From Clostridia bacterium (GTDB taxonomy: Bacteria > Bacillota > Clostridia > Oscillospirales > CAG-272), in assembly GCA_017456005.1 (NCBI GenBank), contig JAFTLJ010000096.1, positions 1,597-65,596 of the forward strand: a stretch of 64,000 nucleotides of DNA, written 5' to 3'. Shown one piece after another: positions 31,737 to 43,656 of the stretch; position 1 is the stretch's first letter, and the number at the start of each line of letters is the position of its first letter. The notes beneath the pieces are model-generated. The model did no database searches. It had not been told where the DNA came from and worked only from the letters and a program-made list of their open reading frames with translations. The position numbers were made by a program, and so were the translations under genes.

Positions 31737-33572
31737 TTGGTAAGAGAAGATTTAAGAAATATTGCAATTATCGCTCACGTTGACCATGGTAAAACAACGC
31801 TCGTTGACGAAATGCTCAAGCAGGGCGGTATCTACCGCGAAAATCAGGCTGTTGAAGACAGAGTTATGGACTCTAACGCTATCGAACGTGAACGCGGTAT
31901 CACGATTATGGCTAAAAACACGGCTATCCACTACAAAGGCGTAAAGATCAATATCATCGATACCCCCGGACACGCAGACTTCGGCGGCGAGGTTGAACGT
32001 ATACTTAAAATGGTAAACGGCGTTATCCTCCTCGTAGACGCGGCAGAAGGTCCTATGCCCCAGACACGTTTCGTGCTCCAGAAAGCGCTTTCCCTCAATC
32101 ACCCCGTAATTGTTGTTGTTAACAAAATAGACAAGCCCGACGCACGCCTTGACGAAGTCGGCGACGAAGTTCTCGAGCTTCTTCTCGACCTCGGCGCTAC
32201 AGACGAGCAGTTCGATTCCCCCACGCTTTGGTGCTCCGGCAGAGCGGGCACGGCATCCCTTTCCCCCGATGAACCCGGTGTAGACCTCCAGCCCCTCTTT
32301 GACACTATTCTCGAATATATTCCCGCGCCTGAAGGCGACGAGGAAGGCCCCCTCCAGATGCTCGTTTCCTCTATCGACTACAACGACTACGTTGGCAGAA
32401 TAGGTATAGGCAGAATCGAACGCGGCTCTATCAAGCAGAATCAGGACGCTATGATCTGCAACTACTTCAAACCGGACGCAGCACCCGTTAAAACGAAGAT
32501 CGTAAGCATCAGCCAGATAGACGGTTTGCGCCGTGTGCCCGTTACGGAAGCAAAAATGGGCGATATTATCTGCTTCTCCGGTGCGGAAAGCATTTCTATA
32601 GGCGATACTATCACGGCGGTAGACGCGGTAGAACCCATTGAATTCCTTAAAGTAGGCGAACCTACAATGGAAATGACGTTCTCTGTTAACGACAGCCCCT
32701 TCGCAGGGCAGGACGGCAAATTCGTAACCTCCCGTCAGCTCCGCGAAAGACTCTACAAAGAGCTTCTCAAGGACGTTTCTCTCCGTGTTGAAGACGGCGA
32801 CACGACAGACTCCTTTATCGTTTCGGGCCGTGGCGAAATGCACCTTTCCATTCTTGTTGAAAATATGCGCCGCGAAGGCTACGAGCTTTGCGTAAGCACG
32901 CCCCGCGTACTTTACAAAGAAATAGACGGTAAGACATGTGAGCCTATAGAAAACGTTGAGGTTGAGGTTCCCCAAGACTACTGCGGCACGGTTATGGAAA
33001 AGCTCGGCGCACGCAAAGGCGACCTTATCAATATGACTCCCCGTGGCGACAGAATGCACCTTCAGTTCCGCATACCCACACGCTGCCTCTTCGGCTACAG
33101 AAGCGAATTTATGACAGATACGCACGGCGAGGGCATCATAAGCTCTGTGTTCGATTGCTACGAGCCCTACAGAGGCGAGATCACACGCCGTTTCACAGGC
33201 TCTCTTGTAGCGAGCGAAGCGGGTGTTTCCACATCCTACGGTGTGTTCAACTCTCAGGACAGAGGCGTTATGTTCATCAGCAGCCAGTGCCCCGTATACG
33301 AGGGTATGATCGTAGGCGAGAACCCCAAAATGGGCGATATTGCTGTTAACGTATGCAAAGAAAAACACCTTACGGCTATACGTTCCACCGGCGCAGACGA
33401 AGCGCTCCGCCTCGTTCCCCCGAGAATAATGAGCCTTGAGGAAGCTATAGAATTTATAGCAGACGACGAGCTTATAGAGGTTACACCCCATAATATTCGT
33501 TTGCGTAAGAGAATTCTTTCCAACGATATGCGCTACAAGCTTGCAGGCAAGCTCAAAAAAGAAGGAAAATAA
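31737..33572 (+). CDS. typA: Translational GTPase TypA/BipA
   Basis: [56 protein letters not shown]; TTG start after GAGGT. Confidence 0.96.
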   Translation: MVREDLRNIAIIAHVDHGKTTLVDEMLKQGGIYRENQAVEDRVMDSNAIERERGITIMAKNTAIHYKGVKINIIDTPGHADFGGEVERILKMVNGVILLVDAAEGPMPQTRFVLQKALSLNHPVIVVVNKIDKPDARLDEVGDEVLELLLDLGATDEQFDSPTLWCSGRAGTASLSPDEPGVDLQPLFDTILEYIPAPEGDEEGPLQMLVSSIDYNDYVGRIGIGRIERGSIKQNQDAMICNYFKPDAAPVKTKIVSISQIDGLRRVPVTEAKMGDIICFSGAESISIGDTITAVDAVEPIEFLKVGEPTMEMTFSVNDSPFAGQDGKFVTSRQLRERLYKELLKDVSLRVEDGDTTDSFIVSGRGEMHLSILVENMRREGYELCVSTPRVLYKEIDGKTCEPIENVEVEVPQDYCGTVMEKLGARKGDLINMTPRGDRMHLQFRIPTRCLFGYRSEFMTDTHGEGIISSVFDCYEPYRGEITRRFTGSLVASEAGVSTSYGVFNSQDRGVMFISSQCPVYEGMIVGENPKMGDIAVNVCKEKHLTAIRSTGADEALRLVPPRIMSLEEAIEFIADDELIEVTPHNIRLRKRILSNDMRYKLAGKLKKEGK

Positions 33573-33589
33573 TTGAAAGGGAAGAGTTT

Positions 33590-34297
33590 ATGGAAGCAAG
33601 ATTTTCCAGAACGGCTCTCCTCCTTGGTGAAAACGGCGTAGAACGGCTGAAAAACAGCCGTGTCGCCGTTTTCGGCGTTGGAGGGGTAGGTTCTTTTACA
33701 GTAGAGGCACTGGCAAGGCTTGGCATAGGTCATATCACGCTTGTGGACCCAGATAAGGTGGCGGAATCTAACCTGAACCGCCAGCTCGTGGCGCTGCATT
33801 CCACGCTCGGGATGTACAAGGTGGATGCGGCAAGGGCGCGTATTTTGGATATAAACCCCGAAGCGGAGGTGGAGGTGCTGAAAATGTTCTATCTGCCGGA
33901 AAACGCAGATTGCTTTGATGTTTCGCGCTTCGATTGTATTGTAGATGCCATAGACACGGTCTCGGCGAAAATAGAGCTTATTGTCCGCGCAAAAAAAGCA
34001 GGTGTACACATTGTAAGCTCTATGGGCACGGGGAACAAGCTGCACCCCGAGATGCTGGAAATAGCGGATATTTCCAAAACGTCGGTTTGCCCGCTTGCCA
34101 GGGTCATGCGCAGGGAGCTTCGCGCTCGCGGTATAGAGCACCTCGATGTGGTTTATTCCAAGGAAGAGGCGATAAAGCCGCGCGAAGATATTCTGCAGGA
34201 AAACGGAAAAAAGACAGTGGGAAGCGTTTCTTTTGTGCCGAGCGCGGCAGGGATATTGCTTGCCGGCAGGGTTTGCAGGCTTATTTTGAATGAATAA
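33590..34297 (+). CDS. tcdA: tRNA threonylcarbamoyladenosine dehydratase (ThiF family)
   Basis: RFSRTALLLG, VFGVGGVGS, SNLNRQ, SSMGTGNK, TSVCPLARVMRRELR. Confidence 0.88.
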   Translation: MEARFSRTALLLGENGVERLKNSRVAVFGVGGVGSFTVEALARLGIGHITLVDPDKVAESNLNRQLVALHSTLGMYKVDAARARILDINPEAEVEVLKMFYLPENADCFDVSRFDCIVDAIDTVSAKIELIVRAKKAGVHIVSSMGTGNKLHPEMLEIADISKTSVCPLARVMRRELRARGIEHLDVVYSKEEAIKPREDILQENGKKTVGSVSFVPSAAGILLAGRVCRLILNE

Positions 34298-34448
34298 AAA
34301 CAGCTTATTGTGAAAAACTAACAAAAGTCCTATACTGTATTATGCTTTTATGTAGAATTACTTAAAAAAGGTTGACTTTTAGAGCTTTTTTTGGTATTAT
34401 ATAGTTAAAAGCATACAAACAAATTTTTTTATGAAAGGCTTAAACGTT

Positions 34449-35549
34449 ATGAAAAAAATCATCTCTTTACTCCTCGTTTTTGTTCTCGCATGCGGCATGC
34501 TCGCTTCCTGCAACGGACCTGAACAGCCCCCGGTAACAGATCCCGATGGTATTTTGACGCTTGACCCCAACCTTCCCGTAGAAGAAGGCTTCGGTCTCGA
34601 CGGCAAAACACCCACAGACATCAAACTCTTCAAATACAAAGAACTTGAAGATGGTACAATCTCCATCACAGGCGCTTACATTGAAGAAATGAACAAGCTT
34701 ACAGAACTTGTTGTTCCTGCTGTTATCGACGGCAAAAAGGTTTCCACGATCGGCGAATCCGCTTTTGCTAACCTCAGCAATATCGAAGCACTTGTTATCG
34801 GCGACTATGTTACAGACATTCAGGCATACGCTTTCCGCGACTGCGAAAAGCTCGTTTCCATCAAACTTCCCAAATACGTTAAAAAACTCGGAATGGGCGT
34901 TTTCTCCGGTTGCAGCGCTTTGCAGGCTATCGATTTTATCCCTATGTCCGTTGAAGAACTCGGCGAACGTGTATTTGAAAACTGCACAGCTCTTAAAAAA
35001 GTTGTTATTCCTGACAGCGTAAGCAAAGTTGGTTCTTACACATTCGTTGGTTGCACATATATCGAAGAAGTACAGTTCTCCAAGAGAATGACAGCAATTC
35101 CCGAAAGAATGTTTATGGGTTGCTCCACACTCGTTAGATCTACAGGTGCTGAAGCAGGTCTCGCTATTCCCGAAGGTATCACATCTATCGGTAAATACGC
35201 ATTCTATGAATGTCAGGGTCTCAAATCCGTAGTTATCCCCAATACAGTTACAAGTATCGGCGCAAACGCATTTGATACATGCAGACTTTTGGGTGAGGTT
35301 ACTATCCCTGCAAGCGTAACATCTATCGGTGCAAACGCATTTAATAAATGCACAAAGCTCGCAACTGTTACGTTTGAAGGCGGTGCTGATGTAAATATCG
35401 GCAAGGATCTCTTTGTAGACTCTAAGAAGATTGCAACATTCAATGTTAAAGCAGGTTCTGCTGCTGAAACATATTGCAACGCTTGGAAAGCAATAGTTGA
35501 TGCTGATTCTTCTTACAAAACAAAACCCGTTATAAATGTTGTTGGTTAA
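34449..35549 (+). CDS. BspA-type leucine-rich repeat surface lipoprotein
   Basis: MKK..LASC lipobox; IP..VTSIG..AF..C repeats. Confidence 0.88.
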   Translation: MKKIISLLLVFVLACGMLASCNGPEQPPVTDPDGILTLDPNLPVEEGFGLDGKTPTDIKLFKYKELEDGTISITGAYIEEMNKLTELVVPAVIDGKKVSTIGESAFANLSNIEALVIGDYVTDIQAYAFRDCEKLVSIKLPKYVKKLGMGVFSGCSALQAIDFIPMSVEELGERVFENCTALKKVVIPDSVSKVGSYTFVGCTYIEEVQFSKRMTAIPERMFMGCSTLVRSTGAEAGLAIPEGITSIGKYAFYECQGLKSVVIPNTVTSIGANAFDTCRLLGEVTIPASVTSIGANAFNKCTKLATVTFEGGADVNIGKDLFVDSKKIATFNVKAGSAAETYCNAWKAIVDADSSYKTKPVINVVG

Positions 35550-35604
35550 TTAGCAAAACAAAGCAAAAATCCTCCGAAATTTCGGAGGATTTTTTTCGTT
35601 TTGG

Positions 35605-36231
35605 TTAATTGAACTTTGAGATTATTACAAGCAGCAAGCCCTTTTCAAGCGTTATTTCTGCGGTTTCCGCAGTTATCTCATTACTAAGACCAAGGGGAAA
35701 ACGGTTTGTGAGAGTGCCCCTCGAAAGAGGGTATTTAACACCGGAAAGGCTGATGCCGCTTGCTTCGGCATCGTATGAAAAGACGGAAAGAGAATGACCG
35801 ATTTTGCGCGCAAGCTTTGTTTTGCCGGGTGAGAGCATAAAGGCTGTATTTTCGCCGTCTGTAATGGTTATATCGAGTCCATGCTTCTTGCCGTAGGCCA
35901 GCATCTGAAGATTAGCAAAGGTGTGATCAAGCCTTCCGCTGATACCGCCCACGATGGTTATTTCCGTATATCCGTGTGCCGCAGCCGCCTTTACGCAGAG
36001 CATGCTGTCGGCATCGTCTTTTTCTACAGGGAATCGCAAGACTTCCGTGCTTTCCGGAAAGGATATTGGTGCCCCTGTATCGAAATCGCCTATTATAAGG
36101 TCGGGCTTTATGCCTTGTGCCATGGCCGTGGGGAATGAATTGTCTGCACAGATGACAAAATCATCTGTGCAGATTTCTATTGTTTCGCGGATTTTATTTT
36201 TGAGGCAAGGGGTGATAATAATTGCTTTCAT
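35605..36231 (-). CDS. thiN: Thiamine diphosphokinase
   Basis: ICAD, PDLIIGDFD, FPVEKD, GRLDH, GVKYPL, GLSNE motifs; downstream of thiT. Confidence 0.9.
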   Translation of the reverse strand: MKAIIITPCLKNKIRETIEICTDDFVICADNSFPTAMAQGIKPDLIIGDFDTGAPISFPESTEVLRFPVEKDDADSMLCVKAAAAHGYTEITIVGGISGRLDHTFANLQMLAYGKKHGLDITITDGENTAFMLSPGKTKLARKIGHSLSVFSYDAEASGISLSGVKYPLSRGTLTNRFPLGLSNEITAETAEITLEKGLLLVIISKFN

Positions 36232-36240
36232 TATATAAAT

Positions 36241-37059
36241 TTAACTTTCTTTTGTTTTTTGTGCGGATTTTTGTATTATGAGGAGCACGGCGGCAATTAC
36301 AAAAGCCACAGCGGTTACGGTGATTACTTCCATCCAGTTTACAGAGGAAATGGCTGTGATAGTAAATTCACCTGTTTCTTTATTTTGTAGCTTTTCGAAA
36401 ATTTCGGCAACGTCAAATATAACGGCACCGCAAACGAGAAGACCTGCCGCAGGCTTTGCCCAGAATATATCGTTTTCTTCTTTTTCGGAAACCATGCGTT
36501 TGGGGGCAGCAGGGCGAAAATCTACAAGCGAACCGACGTAGAGCGCTGCAACCGCTAAAACTATTGTTTCGGGAATCATATATGTTGCGTTATAAATGAA
36601 GGAATATGCGAGCGCCGCCGCCGTGGGAATGGAAATGCCTGCCCAAACAGTAGCGCCGGCAATAACGTGAAATGCATAGCGAATAACGGAAAAGAGGAGT
36701 GCGCCTGCTGTAAGAGCTGCAGCTTGATTTTTCAGGACTTTGCGGAATACACCCGAAATGCCGACAAAGGTGAATGCAAGAATGTAATCGAGCATTACGA
36801 TAGCTACGGCACTTTGCCATGAGGTGGCATAGGAAAGAGCCGAAAGCCCCAGAACGAGCTGCAATGCGGCGTGCACCGCGCCTGCGAAAAGACCTGTTTT
36901 TAAACCGTATCTGTACGCTATTATAACCATCGGAAGTGCAGAGGCGATGGTTACAGAGCCGCCGTATGGCATATCGGCAAGCTTCAAAACGCTTAATACG
37001 GTAGAAAGAGCTATCATTATAGCGCTTTCTGTAAGCAATTTTGTTTTTGTAGGTTTCAT
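36241..37059 (-). CDS. thiT: ECF-type thiamine transporter S component with C-terminal extension
   Basis: MPYGGSVT, LDYILAF, HVIAGATVW, YSFIYNATYM; preceded by a TPP riboswitch. Confidence 0.88.
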   Translation of the reverse strand: MKPTKTKLLTESAIMIALSTVLSVLKLADMPYGGSVTIASALPMVIIAYRYGLKTGLFAGAVHAALQLVLGLSALSYATSWQSAVAIVMLDYILAFTFVGISGVFRKVLKNQAAALTAGALLFSVIRYAFHVIAGATVWAGISIPTAAALAYSFIYNATYMIPETIVLAVAALYVGSLVDFRPAAPKRMVSEKEENDIFWAKPAAGLLVCGAVIFDVAEIFEKLQNKETGEFTITAISSVNWMEVITVTAVAFVIAAVLLIIQKSAQKTKES

Positions 37060-37162
37060 TTTGAAAACCCTCCTGTAAATATAAATTTACCGCACCGAAA
37101 AGATCCGTGCGGTAATTATATAACAAGAGAAAAATTCCACATATAATGTGAAAACTTTATAT

Positions 37163-37258
37163 AATCTTCCTACGCCGGTATTATCCGTTTCAGGTTAAAG
37201 GGTTCTCGGAAAAATATCCTCATCTCAGCCGACTATTTTATCAGCACCCCCGACTATT
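37163..37258 (-). promoter_or_regulatory. TPP riboswitch
   Basis: Minus strand GGGGTGCT..GGCTGAGA..ACCCTTTAACCTGAAACGGATAATACCGGCGTAGGAAG; candidate expression-platform hairpin TTACCGCAC..GTGCGGTAA at ~37087-37115. Confidence 0.93.
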
Positions 37259-37599
37259 CAGTTGCGGTTTACTATATGATAATACAAAATAAGCGTTTTG
37301 TCAAGGTTATTTATCAATTTTCGGCAAAACCGTCATACGTAGCTTGCGATTTGATTTTTGCAATATTCATATTTCTCTCTGAAAATAAACAGAATATTTT
37401 TTCTATTCTAATTATATAATAGTATGGGCAATATTGCAATAGCGTGAAAAAAATTGGTATTTTTTTGCGCTTTTTGAATTGTTTGTGCGATTTTTGGCAA
37501 ACAATTTGCCAAAGTGATTGAAATTCACAATTTATTAACAAAAAAATGGAGGAAAAGTCTTGACAAAAAGTCATTTTAGTGGTAAATTCTTTATAGAAG

Positions 37600-37626
37600 T
37601 TAGCACTTGATGCTTTTGAGTGCTAA
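37600..37626 (+). promoter_or_regulatory. CIRCE operator (HrcA site)
   Basis: TTAGCACTT-N9-GAGTGCTAA downstream of TTGACA (37560)-17-TAAATT promoter. Confidence 0.93.
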
Positions 37627-37643
37627 AAAGTGAAGGTGATGAA

Positions 37644-38711
37644 ATGTCCGGCGAACTTATTTACGGCGGTCCTCTCTCGGAGAGAAAAAAACGAATACTT
37701 CGTTCCATAATAGACGCCCATATCGCTATGGGCGAACCTATCGGTTCCAAATACCTTGTCACTTCCGCAGAAATCCCGTTTTCGTCTGCCACCATACGCA
37801 ACGAAATGGCAGAGCTTACGGAGATGGGTTATCTTGAACAGCCGCATACTTCTGCGGGGCGCGTGCCCACACAGCTCGGCTACCGATTCTATGTGGATTC
37901 GCTTATGGAAAGCTACAAGCTTACCGCCACGGAAATAGTGGCGCTCAACAATATGTTGAAAAGCAAAATAGGCGAGCTTGATACGATAATACAGAGCGCC
38001 TCCAAGCTGGTGGCAAACCTTACGAACTATACTTCGGTTGCCATTAAAGCGAGCGAAAGAGAAACGGTGCGCGCGTTTTCGCATATGGTGCTTGACGAGC
38101 ATAACTTTCTTATGGTTATGAAAATGAGCGGCGAAAACGTAAAGACTAAACAGGTGCACACAGACATCGTGCTCGATGAAAACAACGTTTCGCGCCTTAT
38201 GTCGCTTTTCAACGCATATTGCGTGGGGGTAACGCCCGAGGATATAACGTACGCAACCATAGTTAAAATGGAGAGCGCTATGGGAAGTGCCGCAGCGCTC
38301 GTAAACCCTGCTGTAAAAGCTTTTTACGATGCGGTGGCTACGTCTACGGATTCCAACGTAAGGTTCGAGGGTGTTAACAAGTTGCTCGAATACCCCGAGT
38401 TTTCCAGCGTAGACCAGCTTAAAAGAGTGTTCTCTATGATAGAGAACAAGGAAGATTTCCTCGATATGCTTTCAAATTCCGACAGGAACAAAATAAACGT
38501 TTTTATCGGTGACGAGGAAAGCCGCTTTGCTTCCAATTCCGCGTTTATTTTCCGCCCGCTGACGGTAGACGGCAAGGTAATAGGCGCGATAGGCGTTTTC
38601 GGCCCGAGCCGAATGGATTATTCCAAGGTTATCTCCACAGTGGAATATTTAACGCAGAAAATAACAGGTATAATAGAAGGAAGGGCACTGCCCGAACCGG
38701 GTGAAGAATAG
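37644..38711 (+). CDS. hrcA: Heat-inducible transcription repressor
   Basis: EPIGSK, SSATIRNEMAEL..GYLEQPHTSAGRVPT..GYRFYVD, GPSRMDY. Confidence 0.96.
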   Translation: MSGELIYGGPLSERKKRILRSIIDAHIAMGEPIGSKYLVTSAEIPFSSATIRNEMAELTEMGYLEQPHTSAGRVPTQLGYRFYVDSLMESYKLTATEIVALNNMLKSKIGELDTIIQSASKLVANLTNYTSVAIKASERETVRAFSHMVLDEHNFLMVMKMSGENVKTKQVHTDIVLDENNVSRLMSLFNAYCVGVTPEDITYATIVKMESAMGSAAALVNPAVKAFYDAVATSTDSNVRFEGVNKLLEYPEFSSVDQLKRVFSMIENKEDFLDMLSNSDRNKINVFIGDEESRFASNSAFIFRPLTVDGKVIGAIGVFGPSRMDYSKVISTVEYLTQKITGIIEGRALPEPGEE

Positions 38712-38746
38712 CCCAACCGATTTTATATATTGAAAGGAAACCTATA

Positions 38747-39268
38747 ATGGACGAAAAAGTAAAAGAAGCCCCCGAAACGGAGCTTGAAAAGGAAGAAACA
38801 GCTTCCGAAGAAACAAATACTGAAAGCACGGAAACCCAAAAGCTTTCCGAAGAGCTTGAAGAAACAAAAAGAAAATACCTTGTAATGCTCGCGGAATACG
38901 ATAACTTCCGCAAAAGAGCGCAGAAGGAACGCGAAAACGCATACGGCGATGCTTATGCAGATGCTCTTTCGGCTCTTCTCCCCGTTTTCGATAACCTCGA
39001 GCGCGCAAGCACATTTGCGGGCGGCGACGGCATGGCAGAGGGCATTACGATGATAATTCATCAGTTTGAAGCTGCGCTCAAAAATATGGGCGTGGAAGCA
39101 TACGGTGCCGTGGGCGACGAATTCAACCCCAATTTGCACAACGCGATTATGCAGGAAGAAAACGAGGAATACGGCGAGAACGCTATTTCCGAGGTTTTCC
39201 AGAAGGGCTATAAGCGCGGCGAGAAAATCATTCGTTTTGCAATGGTAAAGGTTGCAAACTGCGGTTAA
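38747..39268 (+). CDS. grpE: Nucleotide exchange factor GrpE
   Basis: AEYDNFRKR, LLPVFDNLERA, FNPNLHNA, FQKGY..IRFAMVKVA. Confidence 0.96.
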   Translation: MDEKVKEAPETELEKEETASEETNTESTETQKLSEELEETKRKYLVMLAEYDNFRKRAQKERENAYGDAYADALSALLPVFDNLERASTFAGGDGMAEGITMIIHQFEAALKNMGVEAYGAVGDEFNPNLHNAIMQEENEEYGENAISEVFQKGYKRGEKIIRFAMVKVANCG

Positions 39269-39356
39269 ATAAAGAAAAATAGCATAAGTTAATAAAATCA
39301 TTCATAAACATATAAAATAATTTAAGAAAACAGATTTTTTACGGAGGATATATATT

Positions 39357-41177
39357 ATGGGAAAAATCATTGGTATCGACCTTGGTACAACAAACTCTTG
39401 CGTGGCCGTATTTGAAGGTGGCGAACCTTCTGTTATCACAAACCCCGAAGGTGCGAGAACAACACCTTCCGTTGTAGCTTTCAACAAAGCCGGCGAAAGA
39501 CTTGTTGGCCAGGTTGCTAAAAGACAGAGCATCACAAACCCCACAAAAACGATCATGAGTATCAAACGCCATATGGGTTCCGACCACAAGGTTGAGATCG
39601 ACGGCAAAAAATACACACCCCAGGAAATTTCCGCTATGATTCTTCAGAAGCTTAAAGCAGACGCGGAAGCTTACCTCGGCACAAGCGTAACACAGGCTGT
39701 TATCACAGTTCCCGCATACTTCTCTGACTCCCAGCGTCAGGCAACAAAGGACGCAGGCAAGATAGCAGGTCTTGAAGTTATGCGTATCATCAACGAGCCC
39801 ACAGCGGCAGCGCTCGCTTACGGTGTAGACAAAGAAGAGATCGACCAGAAGGTTATGATCTTCGACCTTGGCGGCGGTACATTCGACGTTTCCATTCTCG
39901 AAATTTCCGACGGCGTATTTGAAGTTCTTGCTACAAACGGTAACACAATGCTCGGTGGCGACGACTTCGACAACAGAGTTATCGATTGGATCGCAGACAC
40001 GTTCAAGAAAGAAGAGGGCATCGACCTCAGAAACGACAAATCTGCCCTCCAGCGCCTCAAAGAAGCTGCAGAAAAAGCGAAGATCGAGCTTTCCGGTATG
40101 ACAAGTGCAAACATCAACCTTCCCTTTATCACAGCTGATGCAACAGGCCCCAAACACTTCGATGCAACGCTCACACGTGCTGAGTTCGACAGAATCACGG
40201 CAGACCTTGTTGCCGCTACACTCGAGCCCTGCCGCAAAGCGCTTTCCGATGCAGGTCTTTCCATTTCCGAAATCGACAAAGTGCTTCTCGTAGGCGGTTC
40301 CACAAGAATCCCTGCCGTTCAGGAAGCTGTTAAGAAATTCACAGGCAAAGAACCCTTCAAGGGCATCAACCCCGACGAATGCGTTGCTATCGGCGCGGCT
40401 ATCCAGGGCGGCGTTCTCGGCGGCGAGGTTAAAGACCTCCTCCTTCTCGACGTAACACCCCTTTCTCTCGGTATCGAAACACTCGGCGGCGTTTGCACAA
40501 GAATTATCGAACGCAACACCACGATTCCCGTTAAGAAATCCCAGGTATTCTCTACAGCGGTAGATAACCAGCCCTCTGTTGAAATCCACGTTCTTCAGGG
40601 CGAACGCGAGCTCGCAAGCGGCAACACAACGCTCGGCAGATTCTCGCTCGACGGCATTCTTCCTGCACGCAAAGGCGTTCCTCAGATCGAAGTTACATTC
40701 GATATAGACGCAAACGGTATCGTTAACGTAACTGCAAAAGACCTCGGCACAGGCAAAGAACAGCACGTTACTATCACTTCCTCCACAAATATGAGCAAGG
40801 AAGATATCGACCGTGCGGTTAAAGATGCAGAAAAATTTGCAGACGAAGACAGAAAAGTTAAAGAAGCTGTAGATACAAAGAACGAAGCAGAAGCGCTTCT
40901 TTACCAGAGCGAAAAAACGCTCGAAGAAATGGGCGATAAGGTAGACGCAGAGGATAAAGCAAAAGCTCAGGCAGAAGCAGATAAGCTCCGCGAAGCGCTC
41001 AAATCCGACAACACGGAAACAATCAAAGCGGCTATCGAGGCTTTCAAGAAAGTATTCTATGAAATTGCCGAAAAGCTCTATAAAGCAAACGCTCCCCAGG
41101 ATGCACAGGGTGGTGCACAGGGCGGCTTCCAGAACGACGACGGCAGCTTCAACGCAGATTTCACGGAAAAGAAATAA
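39357..41177 (+). CDS. dnaK: Chaperone DnaK
   Basis: [45 protein letters not shown]. Confidence 0.98.
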   Translation: MGKIIGIDLGTTNSCVAVFEGGEPSVITNPEGARTTPSVVAFNKAGERLVGQVAKRQSITNPTKTIMSIKRHMGSDHKVEIDGKKYTPQEISAMILQKLKADAEAYLGTSVTQAVITVPAYFSDSQRQATKDAGKIAGLEVMRIINEPTAAALAYGVDKEEIDQKVMIFDLGGGTFDVSILEISDGVFEVLATNGNTMLGGDDFDNRVIDWIADTFKKEEGIDLRNDKSALQRLKEAAEKAKIELSGMTSANINLPFITADATGPKHFDATLTRAEFDRITADLVAATLEPCRKALSDAGLSISEIDKVLLVGGSTRIPAVQEAVKKFTGKEPFKGINPDECVAIGAAIQGGVLGGEVKDLLLLDVTPLSLGIETLGGVCTRIIERNTTIPVKKSQVFSTAVDNQPSVEIHVLQGERELASGNTTLGRFSLDGILPARKGVPQIEVTFDIDANGIVNVTAKDLGTGKEQHVTITSSTNMSKEDIDRAVKDAEKFADEDRKVKEAVDTKNEAEALLYQSEKTLEEMGDKVDAEDKAKAQAEADKLREALKSDNTETIKAAIEAFKKVFYEIAEKLYKANAPQDAQGGAQGGFQNDDGSFNADFTEKK

Positions 41178-41250
41178 AATTTTAAAAACGAGGGCGGGCG
41201 CTTTTGTCCGCCCTTGTTGAAGTCATATAAGTATTAGGACGGAGAACATA

Positions 41251-42399
41251 ATGAAAGATTGCTATGAAGTTCTCGGTGTGGAAAAAAGCGCGAGCGATGC
41301 GGAAATTAAATCTGCCTACAGAAAACTTGCAAAAAAATACCACCCCGATATGAACCCCGACAATAAAGAGGCGGAAGAAAAATTTAAAGAAGTAAACGAT
41401 GCGTATGCGATCCTTTCCGATCCCGAAAAGCGCAAAATGTTCGATACCTATGGCGCGGCTGCTTTCGAGCAAGGTGGCATGGGCGGCGGTGGCGCAGGCT
41501 ACGGCGGCTTCGGCGGTATGGATTTCGACCTTGGCGACATATTCGGCGACCTTTTCGGCGGCGGCTTTGGCGGTATGGGCGGTGGCGGCAGTGGCCGCAG
41601 AAACGGCCCTGTGCGCGGCGACGACCTTTTGCAGAGAGTTTATATTTCCTTTGAGGAAGCCGCATTCGGCTGCAAAAAGGATATAAAATACACCAGAGTT
41701 GAAAAATGTAAAGATTGCGGCGGCAACGGTGCCGCACCCGGCACGCGCCCACAGACTTGCTCGAAATGCGGCGGTACGGGCAGAATGACCGTTCAGCAGA
41801 GAACCCCCTTCGGCATGATGCAGAGCACGCGCGCGTGTGACGCCTGCGGCGGCATGGGCGAAACTATTGCAAACCCCTGCAAAAATTGCCGCGGCACGGG
41901 TGTGCAGAGCGTTTCCAAAACGCTGGAGATGAATATTCCTGCAGGTATCGACCACGGCCAGAGAATAACGGCGCGCGGTATGGGTAACGAGGGCACGCGC
42001 GGCGGCGGTGCCGGAGACCTTTACGTTTCCGTAAACGTTCGCCCTCATCCTATATTCGAGCGTGACGGCTTTGACATTTACTGCGAAATTCCAATCACGT
42101 TTACGGATGCGGCACTCGGTGCGGAGATTTCCGTGCCTACTCTCGAAGGAAAAACAACCTACGACATTCCGGAGGGAACGCAACCCGGCACAACATTTAC
42201 CATAAAACAGCAGGGTATTCCCAACATAAACGGCAGGGGCAGGGGCGACCTTATTTTCAAGGTTGCAGTGGAAGTGCCCAAAAACCTTACGGGCGCGCAA
42301 AAAGATGCTTTGCGCAAATTTGCAGAGCAGTGCGGCAAGGGGAACTATTCCAAAAAAGAAAAATTCTTCTCTAAAATCTTTGGAAAGGACAGTAAATAA
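41251..42399 (+). CDS. dnaJ: Chaperone DnaJ
   Basis: HPD J-domain, G/F region, four CxxCxGxG repeats. Confidence 0.97.
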   Translation: MKDCYEVLGVEKSASDAEIKSAYRKLAKKYHPDMNPDNKEAEEKFKEVNDAYAILSDPEKRKMFDTYGAAAFEQGGMGGGGAGYGGFGGMDFDLGDIFGDLFGGGFGGMGGGGSGRRNGPVRGDDLLQRVYISFEEAAFGCKKDIKYTRVEKCKDCGGNGAAPGTRPQTCSKCGGTGRMTVQQRTPFGMMQSTRACDACGGMGETIANPCKNCRGTGVQSVSKTLEMNIPAGIDHGQRITARGMGNEGTRGGGAGDLYVSVNVRPHPIFERDGFDIYCEIPITFTDAALGAEISVPTLEGKTTYDIPEGTQPGTTFTIKQQGIPNINGRGRGDLIFKVAVEVPKNLTGAQKDALRKFAEQCGKGNYSKKEKFFSKIFGKDSK

Positions 42400-43325
42400 T
42401 GAAGTGGAACCAGCTTAAAGTTAATTGCGACACGGCAGAGCTCGATACTGTGGCGGCTGTTATGTCAATGCTCGACGAAGGGCTTATGATAGACGATTAC
42501 AGCGATGCTATGGAGGGCGCAAACAAGGTTTACGGCGAGCTTGTGGACGAAAGCATACTCACGGCAGACGTAACGCGCGCCGCAGTAAGCATTTTTGTGG
42601 AGGAAAGTGTGAATTTGGAGGGATATTTCGAGTTTATCAAATCTCACCTCTCTGCGCTTAGCGGTAAATATGATATAGAAGTTATTTCCTCCGACGAAGA
42701 CGACTGGAGATATGCTTGGAGAAAATACTACAAGCCCACGCGCATAGGCAAAAACCTTATAATCGTGCCGGACGGCGACTCCTACGAGGCGGCGGAGAGC
42801 GACGTGCGCATAGATCTAGAGCCGGGGCTTGCTTTTGGTACGGGTACGCACGAAACCACGCGCCTTTGCGCGGCTTTCCTTGAAGAATACGTAAAAGGCG
42901 GCGATTATATGCTCGACGTTGGTGCAGGCAGCGGTATTCTTGCCATTTGCGCTTCCAAGCTTGGCGCAGAATACTGCGCGGCTTGCGATATCGACCCCAT
43001 AGCGGTGCGCACGGAAAAAGAAAATGCGCTTCTCAACGGTTGTACAAATATAGACTGCTTTGTTTCGGACCTTCTTTCCGATGTTACGCTTAAAGAGGGC
43101 AGAGCATACGATATCGTTACGGCAAATATAGTGGCAGACATTATTATAAAAATGTCGCCCGAAATCGGTGCTTTTGTGAAAAACGACGGTCTTGTTATAA
43201 CCTCCGGTGTTATCTGTGAGCGCGAAGCAGAGGTAGATGCGGCTATGGCGGCAGGCGGCTTTGAAAAGGTTACTTCCAAGTATGACGGCGGCTGGTGCGC
43301 AGGCGTGTTCAAGAAAATAAAATAA
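42399..43325 (+). CDS. prmA: Ribosomal protein L11 methyltransferase
   Basis: PGLAFGTGTHETTRLC, LDVGAGSGILAI, ANIVAD; TAATG overlap with dnaJ. Confidence 0.95.
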   Translation: MKWNQLKVNCDTAELDTVAAVMSMLDEGLMIDDYSDAMEGANKVYGELVDESILTADVTRAAVSIFVEESVNLEGYFEFIKSHLSALSGKYDIEVISSDEDDWRYAWRKYYKPTRIGKNLIIVPDGDSYEAAESDVRIDLEPGLAFGTGTHETTRLCAAFLEEYVKGGDYMLDVGAGSGILAICASKLGAEYCAACDIDPIAVRTEKENALLNGCTNIDCFVSDLLSDVTLKEGRAYDIVTANIVADIIIKMSPEIGAFVKNDGLVITSGVICEREAEVDAAMAAGGFEKVTSKYDGGWCAGVFKKIK

Positions 43326-43656
43326 TTTGAAAAAAATATACAAAAATCTTTGACAAATGAAAAAAGATGTTGTATAATAATAAAACAATCAGCAAGCGGG
43401 AATGATACAGGCAATATCTTCCCGCTGTGCTTTTGTGTTTAAGGCTTTTTTTGAATTTTTTCGCCCAAACTCTGCGCTAAATGACATTTTTTAGGAATTT
43501 TTTTGCGTTTGGTGTAATATATACGAGAAAAAATGCGATATTTTATATATTTTTACAAGAAAACTATTGAAATTTAACAAAATGTGAGTTAAAATATATA
43601 CTGTAAAATATAATAACAGAGAGTTACTCACAATTTTTGAAAGGGGATTACATAAA

